64,000 nucleotides of DNA from Octopus vulgaris (GCA_951406725.2 OX597825.1:49414001-49478000), one strand, 5' to 3'. Counted from the first letter of the stretch, positions 13,773 to 28,730 are shown. Notes: generated from the sequence alone by a model not told the origin. Program-made: numbers and translations.

Positions 13773-16700
13773 TGCCTTTGCACAGTTTCTAACGGTGTCA
13801 GCTCTTCGCCTCTAACTTTTCGAGCGCCTTCCGGAGTATTCGAGCGGTTCCAAACAGTGCCGTTTTCTGCAAGTGCTCCATCCCTATTGTAGCCCCTAAT
13901 TGTTCCAAGTGCTTCTCAAGCTGTTTACTCACTGTTCCCAGGACTCCGACAATTATTGGTACTACTACCACCTTTTTTATCGACCACAACTGCTTAACCT
14001 CCCAAGCTGACCTGTCATATCTATCAAATTTTCTATCTTCCTTATCGCATGCATTATTATCAGCTGGGCATGCTATATCTATGATCTAGTATATTCTTTC
14101 TGAATTAAGACTATGTCTAGCTTCCTATTCTGTATCTAATAAAATCCCACAGGATCTTTGCATTAATATTTTCGATGGTGACTTTGGGTTTGTGGCTCTA
14201 TCAATTGTTTTTCTGTGTGAAATCCATACTTGTTGCACAGTGTCCAATAGACAGGCCTGGCTATATTGTCGTAACGTCTCTTATATTCCTTCTGGTTTCA
14301 CCATTTTTTTCCACAAATTCTGCACTGAACACTTTCTGATGTGCTGTCTATTCTGTATTTTATGTAGTTTTTCCTTGGTGCTTGCTCTTGGGCAGCACAA
14401 ATTACACCCACCATTCCGGTTTAAAATCAATTTTAATAATCCACAGCCATCTTTTTCTCTGTCTGTCTTATCTTCAATATCCCTATGGAATTGTCCATGC
14501 ATTCTTTTCTTTAGGCACCTATTTTCAGTTTAATTCGTTTTCAATTGCTTGTACAGTGCTTTATCTTTGCAATCTTTCATCCAACACATACCTGACCTTC
14601 TTACTTCTAATAATAGCGGTCTGTGGAACAGTTTACATACATACTCTGTTGTTTTCTTCTGCTCTAATGCTGTGTTCTCATACAATAAATCCACTTCCCT
14701 CTCTTTGTCACATTTTGAGTGGAGTGACTCATATCTAAATAGCAACTTCTTTGTCTTTCTTTCTAAGCTGCTTCATTCGTCTACTGTCCATGCGATTACC
14801 CCTGCTGCATATGTAAAGAGTGAAACCGCCCAGGTGTTGATAACTTCAATCTCATTTCGTCTCTCAACTTCAACTTAAGGATCAATCTCAGTCTGCGCAA
14901 GCACTCCACCTTAAATTTTTCTGTCATTTCTTTCTCCGTGAATTCATCCATTTCCAAAATCACCACGTACTTACAGCTCGTGCCTTCTATCTGCTTCATA
15001 ACCTTCCCTCTCCGACGGTATCGTTAGCCCGTTCATACATTTGATTATGCCTCTCTTCAAGACTAACACACAACACTTTCTCAGTCCGAACTCCATTCTG
15101 ATATCAGCACTGAAAGTATACACCGTATCAAGGAGGGAACTTTATCATAAAGATTGAAGGCATCAATGAATAACAAATGGTTGACTTTTTATTGGTAGCT
15201 TTTGAATACATACCCAGCTTTTCCTTTCCTCAGAATCTGTGTTAGTGGTCAGTACAAAGATAAGTGGTGACAGGCAGTGGGGACATGCCCCTCTTGATTT
15301 CTACTACCGCTTAACTTCTTCCGTATGTCGTCAGGTCCATACTTCTAAGCAATCGCTCATCACTCGATGCAATAGCAAGAATGTGGGATTATATCGTACG
15401 TCTTACGATAGTCGATCCATGGCATGGCTAAGTTACTTTTCTTCCTCTTGCAGTCTTTAAGTAAAATTTTATCTACTAGTTGTTGATCCTTGGTACCTCT
15501 GCACTTACGATTGCAACGCTTCTGCTCGTATGGCAGGACTATATTTTTGTTCAGATGTTCGTACTTTGACTCTGCGACTATTCCAGTCAATAATCTGCAC
15601 GTAAGTGGCAAGCAGGATATCGGACTGTAATTGTCTACTGTATTGTCTTTTCCGATGTTTTTCAAGCATAGTAATGTCCTACACAATGTCAACCACTCTG
15701 GTGTTACTTGGTCGGCATTTAACAAGGTGTTGAGTTGCGCAGCTATTCGTGTATGACATTCACTAGATATTTTGATCCAGTAGCCTTGAGCTCCATCTTG
15801 TCCCGAGGCCTTCTAGTTGCTCACTCTTTGATGAAAACCTTCATTTCCCTAACTGAAACGACTGGTTCTGCCAGTTTTGGACGGACTGCTGTTTGTTTCA
15901 GTTCTTGCAAACTTCAGCATCCTTCTTGTGCTCTTTGTTTTTGCTCCAGATGTCACTCCAAAACCTCTGACTTTCATTGTTATCTGGTATCAACTTTTCA
16001 AATGAACACTTTCCATCTATTTCTTTATAGAATCTTTTCTAAACTAACCTGAATATACTATACTGCTGGTAACCCTTCATTCTTTGGTCATATGTTTCCA
16101 TCTTGCTTTCTTTGCAACGAGGCGTTGTTTCAGTTCCTCCATTACCACATTCATGCCCTTTCTTTCAATGTTATACTTCCTTTTCAGCGACCTGTATTTT
16201 CGTTCGCTTTTAAGCTCCCATTTTTCTTTTCGGTCTAACACAGAAATGTCCTTCGAGAACATTCTAACCTTGCCTGTATTCTTCCTTCCCACCATGAATA
16301 TTTCCTTTTGCCACTCCCATTATATTTCTTTTTCATGACATCAACACCCACGTTTTCTGCTAAAGCAATACTTGTTGCCTTAATCAAATTATTTGTTTCT
16401 GTGGTGTTGTTTGTTATGATGTATTTCAGAATTCCATTGAGATTTTTCGTATCTTGGTTCAATTTCCACCGATCAACATTTTTAAGGTTGCAAATAATGT
16501 CACTATAGTTCTCTTGTAGTCTTGCCTCTATTCTGTCGTAGATTGCCTTTTGTTCATGAAATTAAATTTATTAGTAAGATCTGTATTATCATCGTTATCT
16601 TTGCTGCTATTTTCCAATACCAGTCTTTTGATAGCTTCAAACTCTACTTCTGTGAACCAACGATTTTTTTCTTGTTGCTCAAGCTTGATCAAATAGTTTA

Positions 16701-17240
16701 GTGGGGCAGAAGCAAGTAAGAACATATTCATCTAAGTAATCATTGTCACAGTTTTTCTGTGTCAACATCACGAAACTCTACATTGGTCTCGCTCATCACC
16801 TCCACACATTTCTCCACAGCAAAATCAACATCAATGGATGGGTATAAGGATATTACGTTCATTCTGCCTATTCAGGTCGTAGATATGGTTGCATTCATTG
16901 ATTCTTTTGAGGAGGTCCTCTGTGCTGCCACACACATCCGAGGACATTTTGATCAAACATGTGGTCAAACATCCTAGGGGCATAAAAGAACACGACCTAC
17001 AACTTCCAGGCCTCTAATAATGACATCCCGCCATTGTATGGGCTCAGGAAGAACCTTAAGGCGTCCACTGCCCCAGTGATAGGACCACCAACGGGACAGG
17101 TCTGCGGAGCTAATATTGGCGACAACTACCGGATCTCTTACTTCCTGTCTATGATCAAAATGGTGCCCCCATATAATCCCTGATCTGTAGAACTTATTCT
17201 TTCGATAGATCCCCATGTACGGAGAAAAACTGGATAGCAT
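13773..17240 (-). mobile_element. R4/Dong-clade LINE, near full length but degenerate
   Basis: Minus-strand peptides PEWLTLCRTLLCLK...NYSPISCLP...EQKRCNRKCRGTKDQQLVDK...WIDYRKTYD, MHGQFHRDI, and MWSIKKVVVVPIIVGVLGTV...LQKTALFGTARILRKAL. The GC-richer 16975-17240 segment is probably the 5' UTR. Confidence 0.88.
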
Positions 17241-17294
17241 GTAAGATAAAACCGCATGTTTACCGTAAGTTTAGTAATATAGTGTATAGCTTAC

Positions 17295-18270
17295 GATGTA
17301 CTAATGGACGGTGTGAAAACATAACTATTTACACTGGAGAGCGTAGAGGTGACACTGGAGCTAGCTCAAAGAAGGAAAAAAGCTAGTGATCGTTCTACCA
17401 ACATGCTCAACATTCTCCCAACATAGAGGCTCGGGTTATAGTATAGTGGCTAAGGTATTATAAACTCATACAACTGACACGACACTTAGAAAAATCACAA
17501 TGGCAATAAACAGACCGAGCCTCAACAGAAAATACAAATGGAAGAATAGCACCCACCACTGCACCACACAACATGATTACTAAAAACAGAAGGAAAAAAA
17601 GGCCAGATACAAACAGTGTAATATACACAGAATAGACGAATATTCAAATACCTATAATAAATATAGTAAAAAATAGAGAGAAGTAAGAAAATAAATAAAA
17701 CTGTATAAAGGGCAAACAATGCAAACAACATAGTAAATGAACCAATATACAGGCACATACACACATACAGTAACTTCACAAACGGCCGCAATAACATCAA
17801 CAACTGAAAAATCAACAACAGCAACAACAACTACCACAATGTCAGCAGTGTGGGCGAACACACAAACAGACGCATACAAGAACGGTATCAAACGTCGAGG
17901 TGAAGGGCAGCAGTAGCGACAACGGGAGAGAGTACGAGGCTGAGGAGAGGGTCATAGTGCTACTATGAACAACCACACACACGCACACACACACAAACAC
18001 ACACCCACATGTACAGACACATACACAAACGTACACACACACAAACATAAACATACACACACAAATACAGTCGCAAACGCATGCGCATAAAAGGATTTAC
18101 ATCATAGAAAAACAGGATGAACAAACCGGAGTAAGCGCTCACACGAGGACGGAAATTGTCGCTGAAGAGTTCACAGATGTACGACGAGAGATTTCCGGAC
18201 AATAGACATGTGTTAGAATAAGAACAGTAATAAACCTGTTACAAGTAATCCGCACAAGATTTTCCGGCTG
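17295..18270 (-). promoter_or_regulatory. Candidate promoter / first exon of a minus-strand gene
   Basis: CpG-enriched island unlike the repeat families here, with NRF1-like CGCATGCGCA (18078-18087), ETS-like (A/C)CGGAAA sites (18149, 18191, 18260) and a minus-strand donor GTAAGC at 17294-17289. Confidence 0.35.
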
Positions 18271-18329
18271 CATTTCCAATAGTGACAAATTGAGACAATG
18301 GGTGTTAACCAACTGAGTTACTTCGACTT

Positions 18330-18700
18330 CAACAGCCCCAATTTGTGGCCTAGTAATACCCCATTTGTAATCCCATAGATAAGTATGTGTGGGGGGTGGT
18401 TCAAAAAGACAAAGACACCAACAACACTGCTTGCAAACCCAAGGGCAAGCTGGTGGCCTAGATGAAGGAGGCGTTCGAAGACATTCATAGGAATACTGTG
18501 AGGAACGTTTGCGCCAAGTTCCAGAGCTATCTTCAGGTCGTTATGGAAGCTAAGGGCACTACTTTGTGTAAACTGTTATCTCCCAGCTTTAATATAGTTA
18601 ATATTTTCAGGATGTTTTGAAAAATACCCTTACTTTTGTATAGCACGTTGTGTCTTCTTTTCGTTTTATGCAATCTGTAAAATTTAACCCGAACATCTTA
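18330..18700 (+). mobile_element. Tc1/mariner superfamily (maT/DD37D-like) transposase 3' relic
   Basis: NLWPSNTP..PIDKYVWGVVQKD..NNTACKPKGKLVA.MKEAFEDIHRNTVRNVCAKFQSYLQVVMEAKG resembles WPPNSPDLNPLDYYVWG...ACARFRSRLEAVVEAEG; ends at a (TA) tract. Confidence 0.75.
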
Positions 18701-19476
18701 TATATGTATGCGTATATGTATGTATATATGTATGTATTTATGTATGTATATGTGTATGTATGCTTACCTACATGTATATATTCTTACACATAAGCATACA
18801 TAACGTTGTCATATCTCCTGATCTAACCATCTGTCTATATATGAGTGTATTTCTGTGTTTATATATACTTGCGTATGTGCCTATGATATCTGTAGACACA
18901 TATCATACACATATAAACACGTGTGCGGGTGTGCATGTGTGCTTGTAAACATAGTATTATACTTGCATGAATGTGAAAGACATTGGGGAAAAAATGGTTA
19001 ATGAACTAATTTTTGGATGATTTTATTTTCTTTTTTATTTCGTTAATTCTTGGTTTTCATTGAAATTACATTCATCTATATCATGTAATAAGATTTTAAC
19101 TTCAGTTACCTTTTTTCTTCTTCTGATCATCGAAACAATCTTGCACAACTGACTTTTAAAAAGTAATTATGCACATCTTCATCTAATTTGAATTGATGCA
19201 ACTGTATTTTCTCAACTAAAAATATCCATACTATTTTTTTTATAAACTCACTAATCGTGCTTAGGCAGTAGTACACCAATTAAACTCCTAACAAGGCAAA
19301 GCTGCATCGTGATTTCAGTAATCTCTTGTGAAACAGTCACTTGACTTGTGCCCATTTCCTTGTCTTTGTTCGAGTCACTCTGTTAAAGCCATATTTTAGT
19401 TTACGTATAAGTCTTCAAATTAAACATAAAATATACATAAACACACACACATGAATATGTGCGTGTGCCTCAATGT

Positions 19477-19512
<36 letters not shown>

Positions 19513-19639
19513 GACAGACAGACTGACAAAAACAGAGACAGAGGCAGACAGAGACAGAGACTGACTGACATACACACACACTGACTGACAGACACACACA
19601 GATAGAGAAAACGAGAAAGAGAGAGGGAGCAAACGTGTA

Positions 19640-19783
19640 TATTCCCTCTGTTTATTTTCTCTTATTCCTTTCTGTTGAAGAACGTAGGCTCGAACCGGAA
19701 AAGAATTTCTCACTTTCCCGAGCGTCAAACTAATACACCTGCTTCTTATTGATACACCTGTCTTCGTTTTTTGTTTTTCTGTA

Positions 19784-19790
<7 letters not shown>
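19640..19790 (+). mobile_element. Penelope-like terminal fragment with a degenerate hammerhead
   Basis: cttt-CTGTTGA-a-gaac(gtag)gctc-GAAC-cg-ga-aaag at 19668-19703, lying between microsatellites. Confidence 0.45.
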
Positions 19791-19843
<53 letters not shown>

Positions 19844-19845
<2 letters not shown>

Positions 19846-20237
19846 TCTTTTACCCTTTTACTCTTTTTACCTGTTTCAGTCATTTGACTGCGGCCATGCT
19901 GGAGCACCGCCTTTTAATCGAGCAATTCGACCCCAGGACTTATTCTTTTGCAAGCCCAGTACTTTGCCGAACCGCTAAGTAACGGGGACATAGACACACC
20001 AGCATTGGTTGTCAAGCAATGCTAGGGGGACAAACACAGACACACAAACACACACATATATATATATACATATATACGACAGGCTTCTTTCAGTTTCCGT
20101 CTACCAAATCCACTCACAAGGCATTGGTCGGCCCGGGACTATAGCAGAAGACACTTGCCCAAGATGCCACGCAGTGGGACTGAATCCGGAACCATGTGGT
20201 TGGTTAGCAAGCTACTTACCACACAGCCACTCCTGCG

Positions 20238-20239
<2 letters not shown>
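19844..20239 (-). mobile_element. SINE family A, full-length copy in (TA)n
   Basis: Minus-strand head GGCGCAGGAGTGGCTGTGTGG...TCCGGATTCAGTCCC (A/B boxes), CTTGGGCAAGTGTC core, internal microsatellite, (GAGTAAAA)-like tail. Confidence 0.9.
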
Positions 20240-20274
<35 letters not shown>

Positions 20275-22068
20275 ATAAATATATGTATATATATATATAC
20301 ATACATATGCACTTAAATATCATCAGCTGATATCAGGGATGCCCAACACATGAAGTACAAGCAATCCAACTGAATAACGTTTCATATGTACCTTCTTCTT
20401 TATACCGATAAGTCAGTGCTAGTTGAAGATAACCAAAACTGTGTTGGATTAACTTAGGGTTCTCAGTCAACTATTATAGAAATACCAAATGCTACTCTGG
20501 AAAGCTTGAGTACTCATCATTTAAGAAGAATCAACCAATCTGTAAAGTCCTTTATAGTGAATTAAGTTTGTAGCTTTTATTATGTGCTGTATTGTTTTAC
20601 TCCGTATTCTGCTATTAGTTATCTCACTTATCTATCGTCAAATTCATATTACCCTTTGTCCCAAGGAATCTCAAGGAATCTCACAGATGATTTCTTATTC
20701 ACAATTATTTGGTGGCTAATAAGACTGATATGCTACTGTATGTAGCATTATTTAGTAAGATATAAAATTAGCTCATGGCAGAAACGACAATATCACGCCT
20801 TTGCAATCTCTAGATAAACGCAATTTTGAATTTCTCTGCTAATATGCTGTGCCACATGACCCAAATGTTTGCAAACGAGTGGATTCTGCTTACAAGGACC
20901 ATGGTGAATAAATATAGATAAATATGTGTTAGCCAAGTCGTCTAGATGTAAAAGTTTTGAGCCATAGGAAGGAAACTCTATAGTATTTAACGTTCTTCAA
21001 CGTTCTAAACACAAATACTATGCAGGTGTTCACATTGCTGTCCTCTGTATCTCTTCTTTCCATTAACTATGTAGATATCAGTAAGATATCTGGGTTGATT
21101 CTTCGATTAAGACGCATTTGTTGCTTTTATTCCCAAACTAAACGTGATTGACATGTTTGAAATAATTGTGGAAGTGTATGAGGTGTTGGAAATGACATAT
21201 CAGAGCTGTTATGGCCATTTTGCTGAGGTTACATATCTTCGCAAGTTATTGACATTTAGAATTTTATCTTATTAATTCAAATCCTGCGAATACAAAACAG
21301 AGAGCAGGAAAGACATGTATAAACATTCACTTTGATAGACTAGCGACGTATGCAGGACCTCCTCTGTCCTTCCTCAAGTGCAATTAAATTGGATATTAGC
21401 ATCTTAGCATCATGTTATAACAGAATTAAACATGCACACACATACACGCACGCACGTTTATATATGTATATCTGATTATACATGTCTTTGAACAAGTAAG
21501 AATGAATATATCATCTGAAATTTGACATGCAACTCAATGAGGTAAGGAACGAACGATTCCTCTACATATTTCAATTAATTATTTGAAAACCAATCTGAAG
21601 AAATAGGCGACAAATAATTGTCAGTTTCCCAGTTTTCTCTTTTGTATGAGGTCCTTGAAAGTTATGTATGAATGCAATGACATTATTTCATTTTTGTTTC
21701 TACTGAATACTTCTGATAAACTCTGTCCCAGCAAATACATCTCATGAATATGTATCAGCTTAACTGGACAATATCACTAGGCACATTATTAAAATTTGTA
21801 ATGAAATTTTGACACTATGAATAATCAAAAACAGTGACCACATGGAGAGAGGAGCAGTAGAAATGTCTTCGCAATTGCTCTCCATGCGAAGGTGACTGGC
21901 GTGTAAATACTCTTAATAAAACCTCCCAGTATAATAAAGCAATAATGAATCAGACCATGGCAAAAGAAAGGAATGGTTACAAATTTAAAACACTGGATTA
22001 TGTATGTATGTATGCATGTATGTATGTATGTATGTAAGTATGTATGTATGTATGTATGTATGTATGTA

Positions 22069-22099
<31 letters not shown>

Positions 22100-22778
22100 C
22101 AGTTCTGAATACCAACCATATCACTGGCCTTCAGGTAACATGACATTTGAAACGGTCGCTCTTTCTCTATTTCTATCTTTGATGTGTAGATAAAAGAAAA
22201 CCTGAAGTGGGGAATTAATAGATGTAATTGACGACGGAGTTAATAGATGTTAGGGCTTTGACATAAGACTATCTAAAGGGCCTTCCTTTTTACTGCAGCA
22301 CGAGTACTTTTGCTGGATTTGGAAGATTGAATCTTATTATTGTTCAGACCAGCAAAAAGCTAAAGAACAAATGAGGGAAGTAAAGAAAAGGAAACATAGT
22401 AGGAGGGAGAGTCAGCTAATAATATTATATCAAATTTTATTGGATTATTTAAAAAATATATATATAACTTGCCCACCCCAATTTATTTTCTTCAATTTCC
22501 TTATTCCACCGCTTCCGCGGTCTTCTTTTTCTTCTTTATAAGTTGTTTTCTTCTTGAAGTTTTCCTTTTGCTACCGATATAACTAGGATGGATAGATATA
22601 TATATTTATTATATCATAGTTACCAGTCAACGCAGAGTTTTATCCTTAGCTAGCTGTTCTAACCAGCCGAACTAAAGGTGAAACTTAGTGCAAACTCGAT
22701 ACTGATACAATAGATACCTACATACTTATGTAGGTATCTATGTATATGTATACATACATAAACATTATATATATTCTT

Positions 22779-22975
22779 TTATACTTTTACATGTTTCAGT
22801 CACTTGACGGCGGCCATGCTAGGGCACCGCCTTTAGCCGAGCAAATTTACTTATTCTTTAGAAGCTTCGTACTTATTCTATCAGTCAATTTTGCCGAACC
22901 GCTAAGTCACGGGGGACGTAAACACACCAGTAACGGTTGTCAAGCGATGTTTAGGAGACAAACACAGACACACAA
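22779..22975 (-). mobile_element. SINE family A, 3' half
   Basis: TGTTTCAGTCA..GCGGCCATGCT...GCCGAACCGCTAAG...GGTTGTCAAGCGATG blocks. Confidence 0.8.
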
Positions 22976-23024
22976 ACATATACACACACACATACACACA
23001 CACATATATCTATGTATATCTATG

Positions 23025-23090
<66 letters not shown>

Positions 23091-23169
23091 TATATAATAA
23101 ATTTAGGATGAATACTTGATAAGTGTAAGCACCTGTATACGCCAGCTAGTAGCAGAGGTGAGAGGGTAA

Positions 23170-23606
23170 ATGTATCAAATGAAATCAAAAACAGAACACA
23201 AAGTATGTCGCGGTACACGTGTTTCAAGCTTTATAAACGATCTATTCTTACATCATTGTATAATCGACACAAAGGATGGTTTAAAGCTCTCTTCAGCCGC
23301 ATGCAATTGCTATACCAAAGATTTACATCACATTATGAAAAATCCGAAAGGTACATTTGGTATTACCCATAATGGTAGGTATATCGAGTCTCGCTGAGAA
23401 AGTATGTTTGTAATACCAAATATACCTTTCGGATTTTTCATAATGTGATGTAAATCTTTGGTATAGCAATTGCATGCGGCTGAAGTGAGCTTTAAACCAT
23501 CCTTTATGTCGATTATACAATGATGTAAGAATAGATCGTTTTTAAAGCTTGAAAAACGTGTACCGCGACATCCTTTGTGTTCTGTTTTTGATTTCATTTG
23601 ATACAT
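23170..23606. repeat. Long inverted repeat (foldback/MITE-like): 197-bp arms, 43-bp spacer
   Basis: 23170-23366 is the reverse complement of 23410-23606; I counted six substitutions and no indels by eye. Confidence 0.95.
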
Positions 23607-23618
23607 ATATATGTATCA

Positions 23619-23748
<130 letters not shown>

Positions 23749-24744
23749 TATATACATATATGAATATGTATTGTAAGATAAAGAAATTGAAATAAAAAGG
23801 AAAAGAAATGGAAATAAAGGAAAAGAGAACTTTGATGGATTCAGAGAATATATAGGTGTGGAGCTCATTCAGTAGACAGAATATTATGTCACTGGGTATT
23901 CGTTACCTAACTGGGTAAATGGTTGAAAGAGATATCTTTGGATTTAAACAGTTTGCTGTCATCCGAGAACGAGTATGATTTGGAAACATGTATCATAGGC
24001 AACTATCCAGTGTACTGGAGAAATAGATATCCTCACATATTTTCGATTTTTCAGCCTGCATTACATCAATTATAAGATCTCTCCAGCAGAGGGGTTGCAC
24101 TAGTACTTATTTTTAGCTATTTAAACTTGGCACACCTTGACATGAAGGTACCTACTCAAGGACACAAAGCAAGCCTCGTCCAGGAACTGAACTCTCGGCA
24201 ATATGATCCCAGGCTTAATATGCTAACCACTAAGATACTTGAATTCACTTGAAATTGCAAGTTGATAAATAAAAGGAACAAAATATATAAAAATAGATAC
24301 TGATATATCTCTGCGCAGAGAGATTTTCGTGTCAGTAAAGAAATGTGTAAGTGTATTTAGATTTGTGTTGTAGAGTTAGCAATACCAACGTTTAAGATTT
24401 AAGAAAAATGTATAGTTCAAAAAATAGTTTCCAACATTTCCTTCGTTTTGAAGTTTTTACTGAACGTATTCTGAAAGTTTCACGTCAAAATAGTCACAGA
24501 GAAACTTAGATGTCATCACTTATTTTTAGATATTTTTGTTTTGAGTAATTTTATTATTGCTCTCTGACACATATTTTACATATTTATTGCTGAGATTGTT
24601 TACACTTCTCAATCAGAACAGATTCACAGAATATTTTACAAGATAAAAAATATTCTGTTTAGTAAGTCCATGTCTAATAAAAACCTAAGTTGGGTCTTGA
24701 GGTGTATAAACATAATTGAATTTGGGTTGTATGGCTCAACTGAT

Positions 24745-25718
<974 letters not shown>

Positions 25719-25729
25719 GCAATGTACAT

Positions 25730-27560
25730 CTGCATACAAGATGGCATCCAGTCGCCCGCTAAAATTAAGGAGCGAGACGTCTCTAGAAAGACTTCCAAGC
25801 GTCTAAAGAAATCCGGCTGTGCCACTCCGGGCGATGCATACCTAGCGACCAATATAAATGGGCGCTGAGGCGCGCGTGTCCGAGATTCTGGTCTCACTGG
25901 CACCTTTTACGTCAAAGTTTTGCCTCCTGAAGTCATTGAGCAAGCGACCTTGCTTCCAAGACGAGTCCATTTATACTGCCCACTCTAAGCAATACCACGT
26001 TGGACGATGGGAATGTGTGGAAGTAGGAGAGAGCTACTTAGCAAGGCTTTGTAGGGGATTGGGAGTGCCTACTTCGTCTCTCCCGTTGGAGGTAGATTTT
26101 TTTCTCTAGCAAGTTACTTGTAAAGTCTGATACTGAGATACTTTTGAAAGTCCGCTACAAACTGGAAATATCTAGATTTCAAAATTCTGTAGTCGCTTTG
26201 AGTAGCTTTGAATATTTTTATAAGTGCCGGTATATTTGTGGTTGGTGTGACATAATTCGAATCATTAATATCCATGTGTTTGTGGATGCGTTCTATTAAT
26301 TCATTATTTCTTGTGCTTATAAACGTGAGATATATAATGTCTGATTTACGATCATTTGGTGGAATGCAATCCATCTGTTGTGTATTTAGGTCGTGGAGAT
26401 TGTGTTTGTAGTGACGGGGATGATGCTGTTGTTGCCTCTGTGTGTATGTAGGTAAGTTTATGCATTGGGTGATGTTGTTATTGTTCGTTCCCTCTTCCAT
26501 TTTCTCGTACCTGCCTGTCGTTTTTCAGGTTATCGTTTGTGTTCTTCTGTCTTTTCTTTCTTTTTCATGTGACTGTTTGCCATGCCTGTCCCTCCTTATT
26601 TCCGTCGTTTTCGTTGTCCGAATAGTGGAGGGGTATTTCTTTTGAAGGTATTTGTTTTACTGTTGGCGTTGTTAACGGTATTGCCAATATTTTTTGTGGG
26701 AGTTCCTCGTTGCTGCCGTTGATGTTACTGTTTGTTATGGGATTCCTGGGGCTGCTGGTGTGCATTCTGTTTAACGTTGTGCAGTTGTTTCCATTCCAGT
26801 CCTTGCTGTATATGCTGCTGCTGCTGACGGCGCTCTACTGGTTTTTGTGGATGCTGTCCAATTGTCTCTGTTGGTGTTGTTGCCGTTTCTGCTGCTACTG
26901 TCCTTGCTGTGGTGTGTGTTGTGGTTGTAGTCGTATTAATGGTTTCTGTGGTTCATACGTTCCTTCGGGCATTTGACACTGATGTGACCTGAATCGCCAT
27001 AGAAATAAGATCGCGGCCTCTTTCTTTGAAGATTACCTACAGATGCTGGCCTCCTGGGATTTCTATTAGGTCGATAAATTTCTCTACAGTTCCTGGTTTT
27101 ACTTGCAGTACAATTTCCAACCCAATCTTAACTCAGTCTTCTTTTTTGATTTTTGGATATCTAGGAGGCTTCTAAGACTTTTTAGTTCAACGGCTTTCAC
27201 TTCCGACCAGCAATCGATTTCTGGTGGTACGTTACTTATTTTTATTCAGATCACTCTCTGTTCCAGATACATGTGAATTAAAGTGAACTCCTCCATTTAT
27301 AATGGGACAGTTGAGTGTTTATGGGCCAGCAATTCCGACTGGAATATAACTTTGATACAGCCGAACTTGGCAGACATAGCTGACATCCTCCCACCATATA
27401 TTTTTCAGGCAGATCTCGGCTTGGTCTAATTTTATTTTTTCCAGTCTTCTTTCCATGGACAGACATCTGTACATGCTTGTTCTTTTTTCGGTTTCCGCTA
27501 ACAGGTTTTGAGACGCATTTAGTGAGGCCTTCTTTTTCTCACATCTTACAATCTTCTTTA
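25730..27560 (-). mobile_element. L1/Tx1-like LINE 5' fragment (ORF1 remnant plus APE endonuclease start)
   Basis: GSING...WKQGRLLNDFRRQNFDVKGASETR and FILVARYASPG..QPDFFRRLEVFLETSRSLILAGDW correspond to APE motifs (NxxG, xET, YAP, GDxN). Confidence 0.7.
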
Positions 27561-27714
27561 AATGCTTTTCGTTATCCTTTAACGAAATAATTTAAAACTT
27601 ATTTCTAACTTTGGCGGAAGAAACGTCATTTCTACGTAAAACTTCTCTTTCGTTGTTCGAAATTGTACCCATTTCTGTGGTGGTGGTGGTGGTGATATAT
27701 TCCTGGCACAGTTG

Positions 27715-28430
27715 ATTGTTGCTAGAAATGTTTCGTGCTTCCTTGATCGTGTTGTCTCCATGTGCAGTCTTCTTGCGCCTACAGAGTATTTCAACAGGCA
27801 TGATGGAGCTGCACAATATATTCACAGCGTAATTTGCAAAAGCCTGGACTTGCCCATGATAAAACCTTGTGAGAACCCAAACCACCCCCAGTCCTTGAAA
27901 ATGATCACATCTCACTCCTCTGGAATTTCACCATACAAACTGACAGAAAGATAGATGCAAATATGCCAGACATCATATTGAAAGATTGCAGACAAAATCC
28001 TGCCCCCTCATTGATATGACTATACCAATCGATATAAACGTATCTGTCAAGACCTACCAAAAACTGAGCAAAATGTGGAACCCGAATACTAAAACAATAC
28101 ATGTCATAGGTGCCTTAGGAATCAATGAAAAGGGGGCTGATTGCTACCTAGCTCAGATACCAGGAAGCCCCCAAATGTCAGAAATTAAAAAGATTGTGCT
28201 CATGGGAACTGCCCATATCCTACGTAAAATACTGTCTATGCAATCTCAAATTTTAAAGCAAATACATAATTTTCTTATGGTTTCTTAAACATTCTCTAGA
28301 ACAACACTATGTACAAAACCAAATATATGGCAACCTAGGCTTAACACCGACAGTAATTTCTAACTTGTGTTTTCTTGAGGTGAGTCATGGAGTCAACTTA
28401 TACAAATGCAAGACAATTGTCACACATAAA
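27715..28430 (+). mobile_element. R4/Dong LINE 3' fragment (RLE domain plus 3' UTR)
   Basis: LLAPTEYFNRHD, LIDMTIPIDINVSVKTYQKLSK, VIGALG, VLMGTAHILRKILS; followed by (TAA)n. Confidence 0.88.
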
Positions 28431-28436
28431 ATAATG

Positions 28437-28468
<32 letters not shown>

Positions 28469-28505
28469 GATAATGATACTGATGATGATGATGATGATGA
28501 TGATG

Positions 28506-28546
<41 letters not shown>

Positions 28547-28565
28547 GATGAGAAGGAGGAGGAGA

Positions 28566-28601
<36 letters not shown>

Positions 28602-28631
28602 GTGATGATGATAATGGTGATGATGATAATG

Positions 28632-28720
<89 letters not shown>

Positions 28721-28724
28721 AAGA
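28430..28724. repeat. Compound (TAA)/(TGA)/(GAA) microsatellite
   Basis: Seen directly. Confidence 0.95.
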
Positions 28725-28730
28725 GGAAAC

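Noticed and set aside
16975-17240. An HDV-like ribozyme at the 5' end of the Dong LINE
   Set aside because: Expected by analogy with R2/R4 elements, but I could not fold a convincing nested double pseudoknot by eye; it needs a descriptor or Infernal search.
23170-23606. Two near-identical ORFs on opposite strands (MYQMKSKTEHK...)
   Set aside because: A consequence of the inverted repeat; there is no coding evidence and all six differences change the amino acid.
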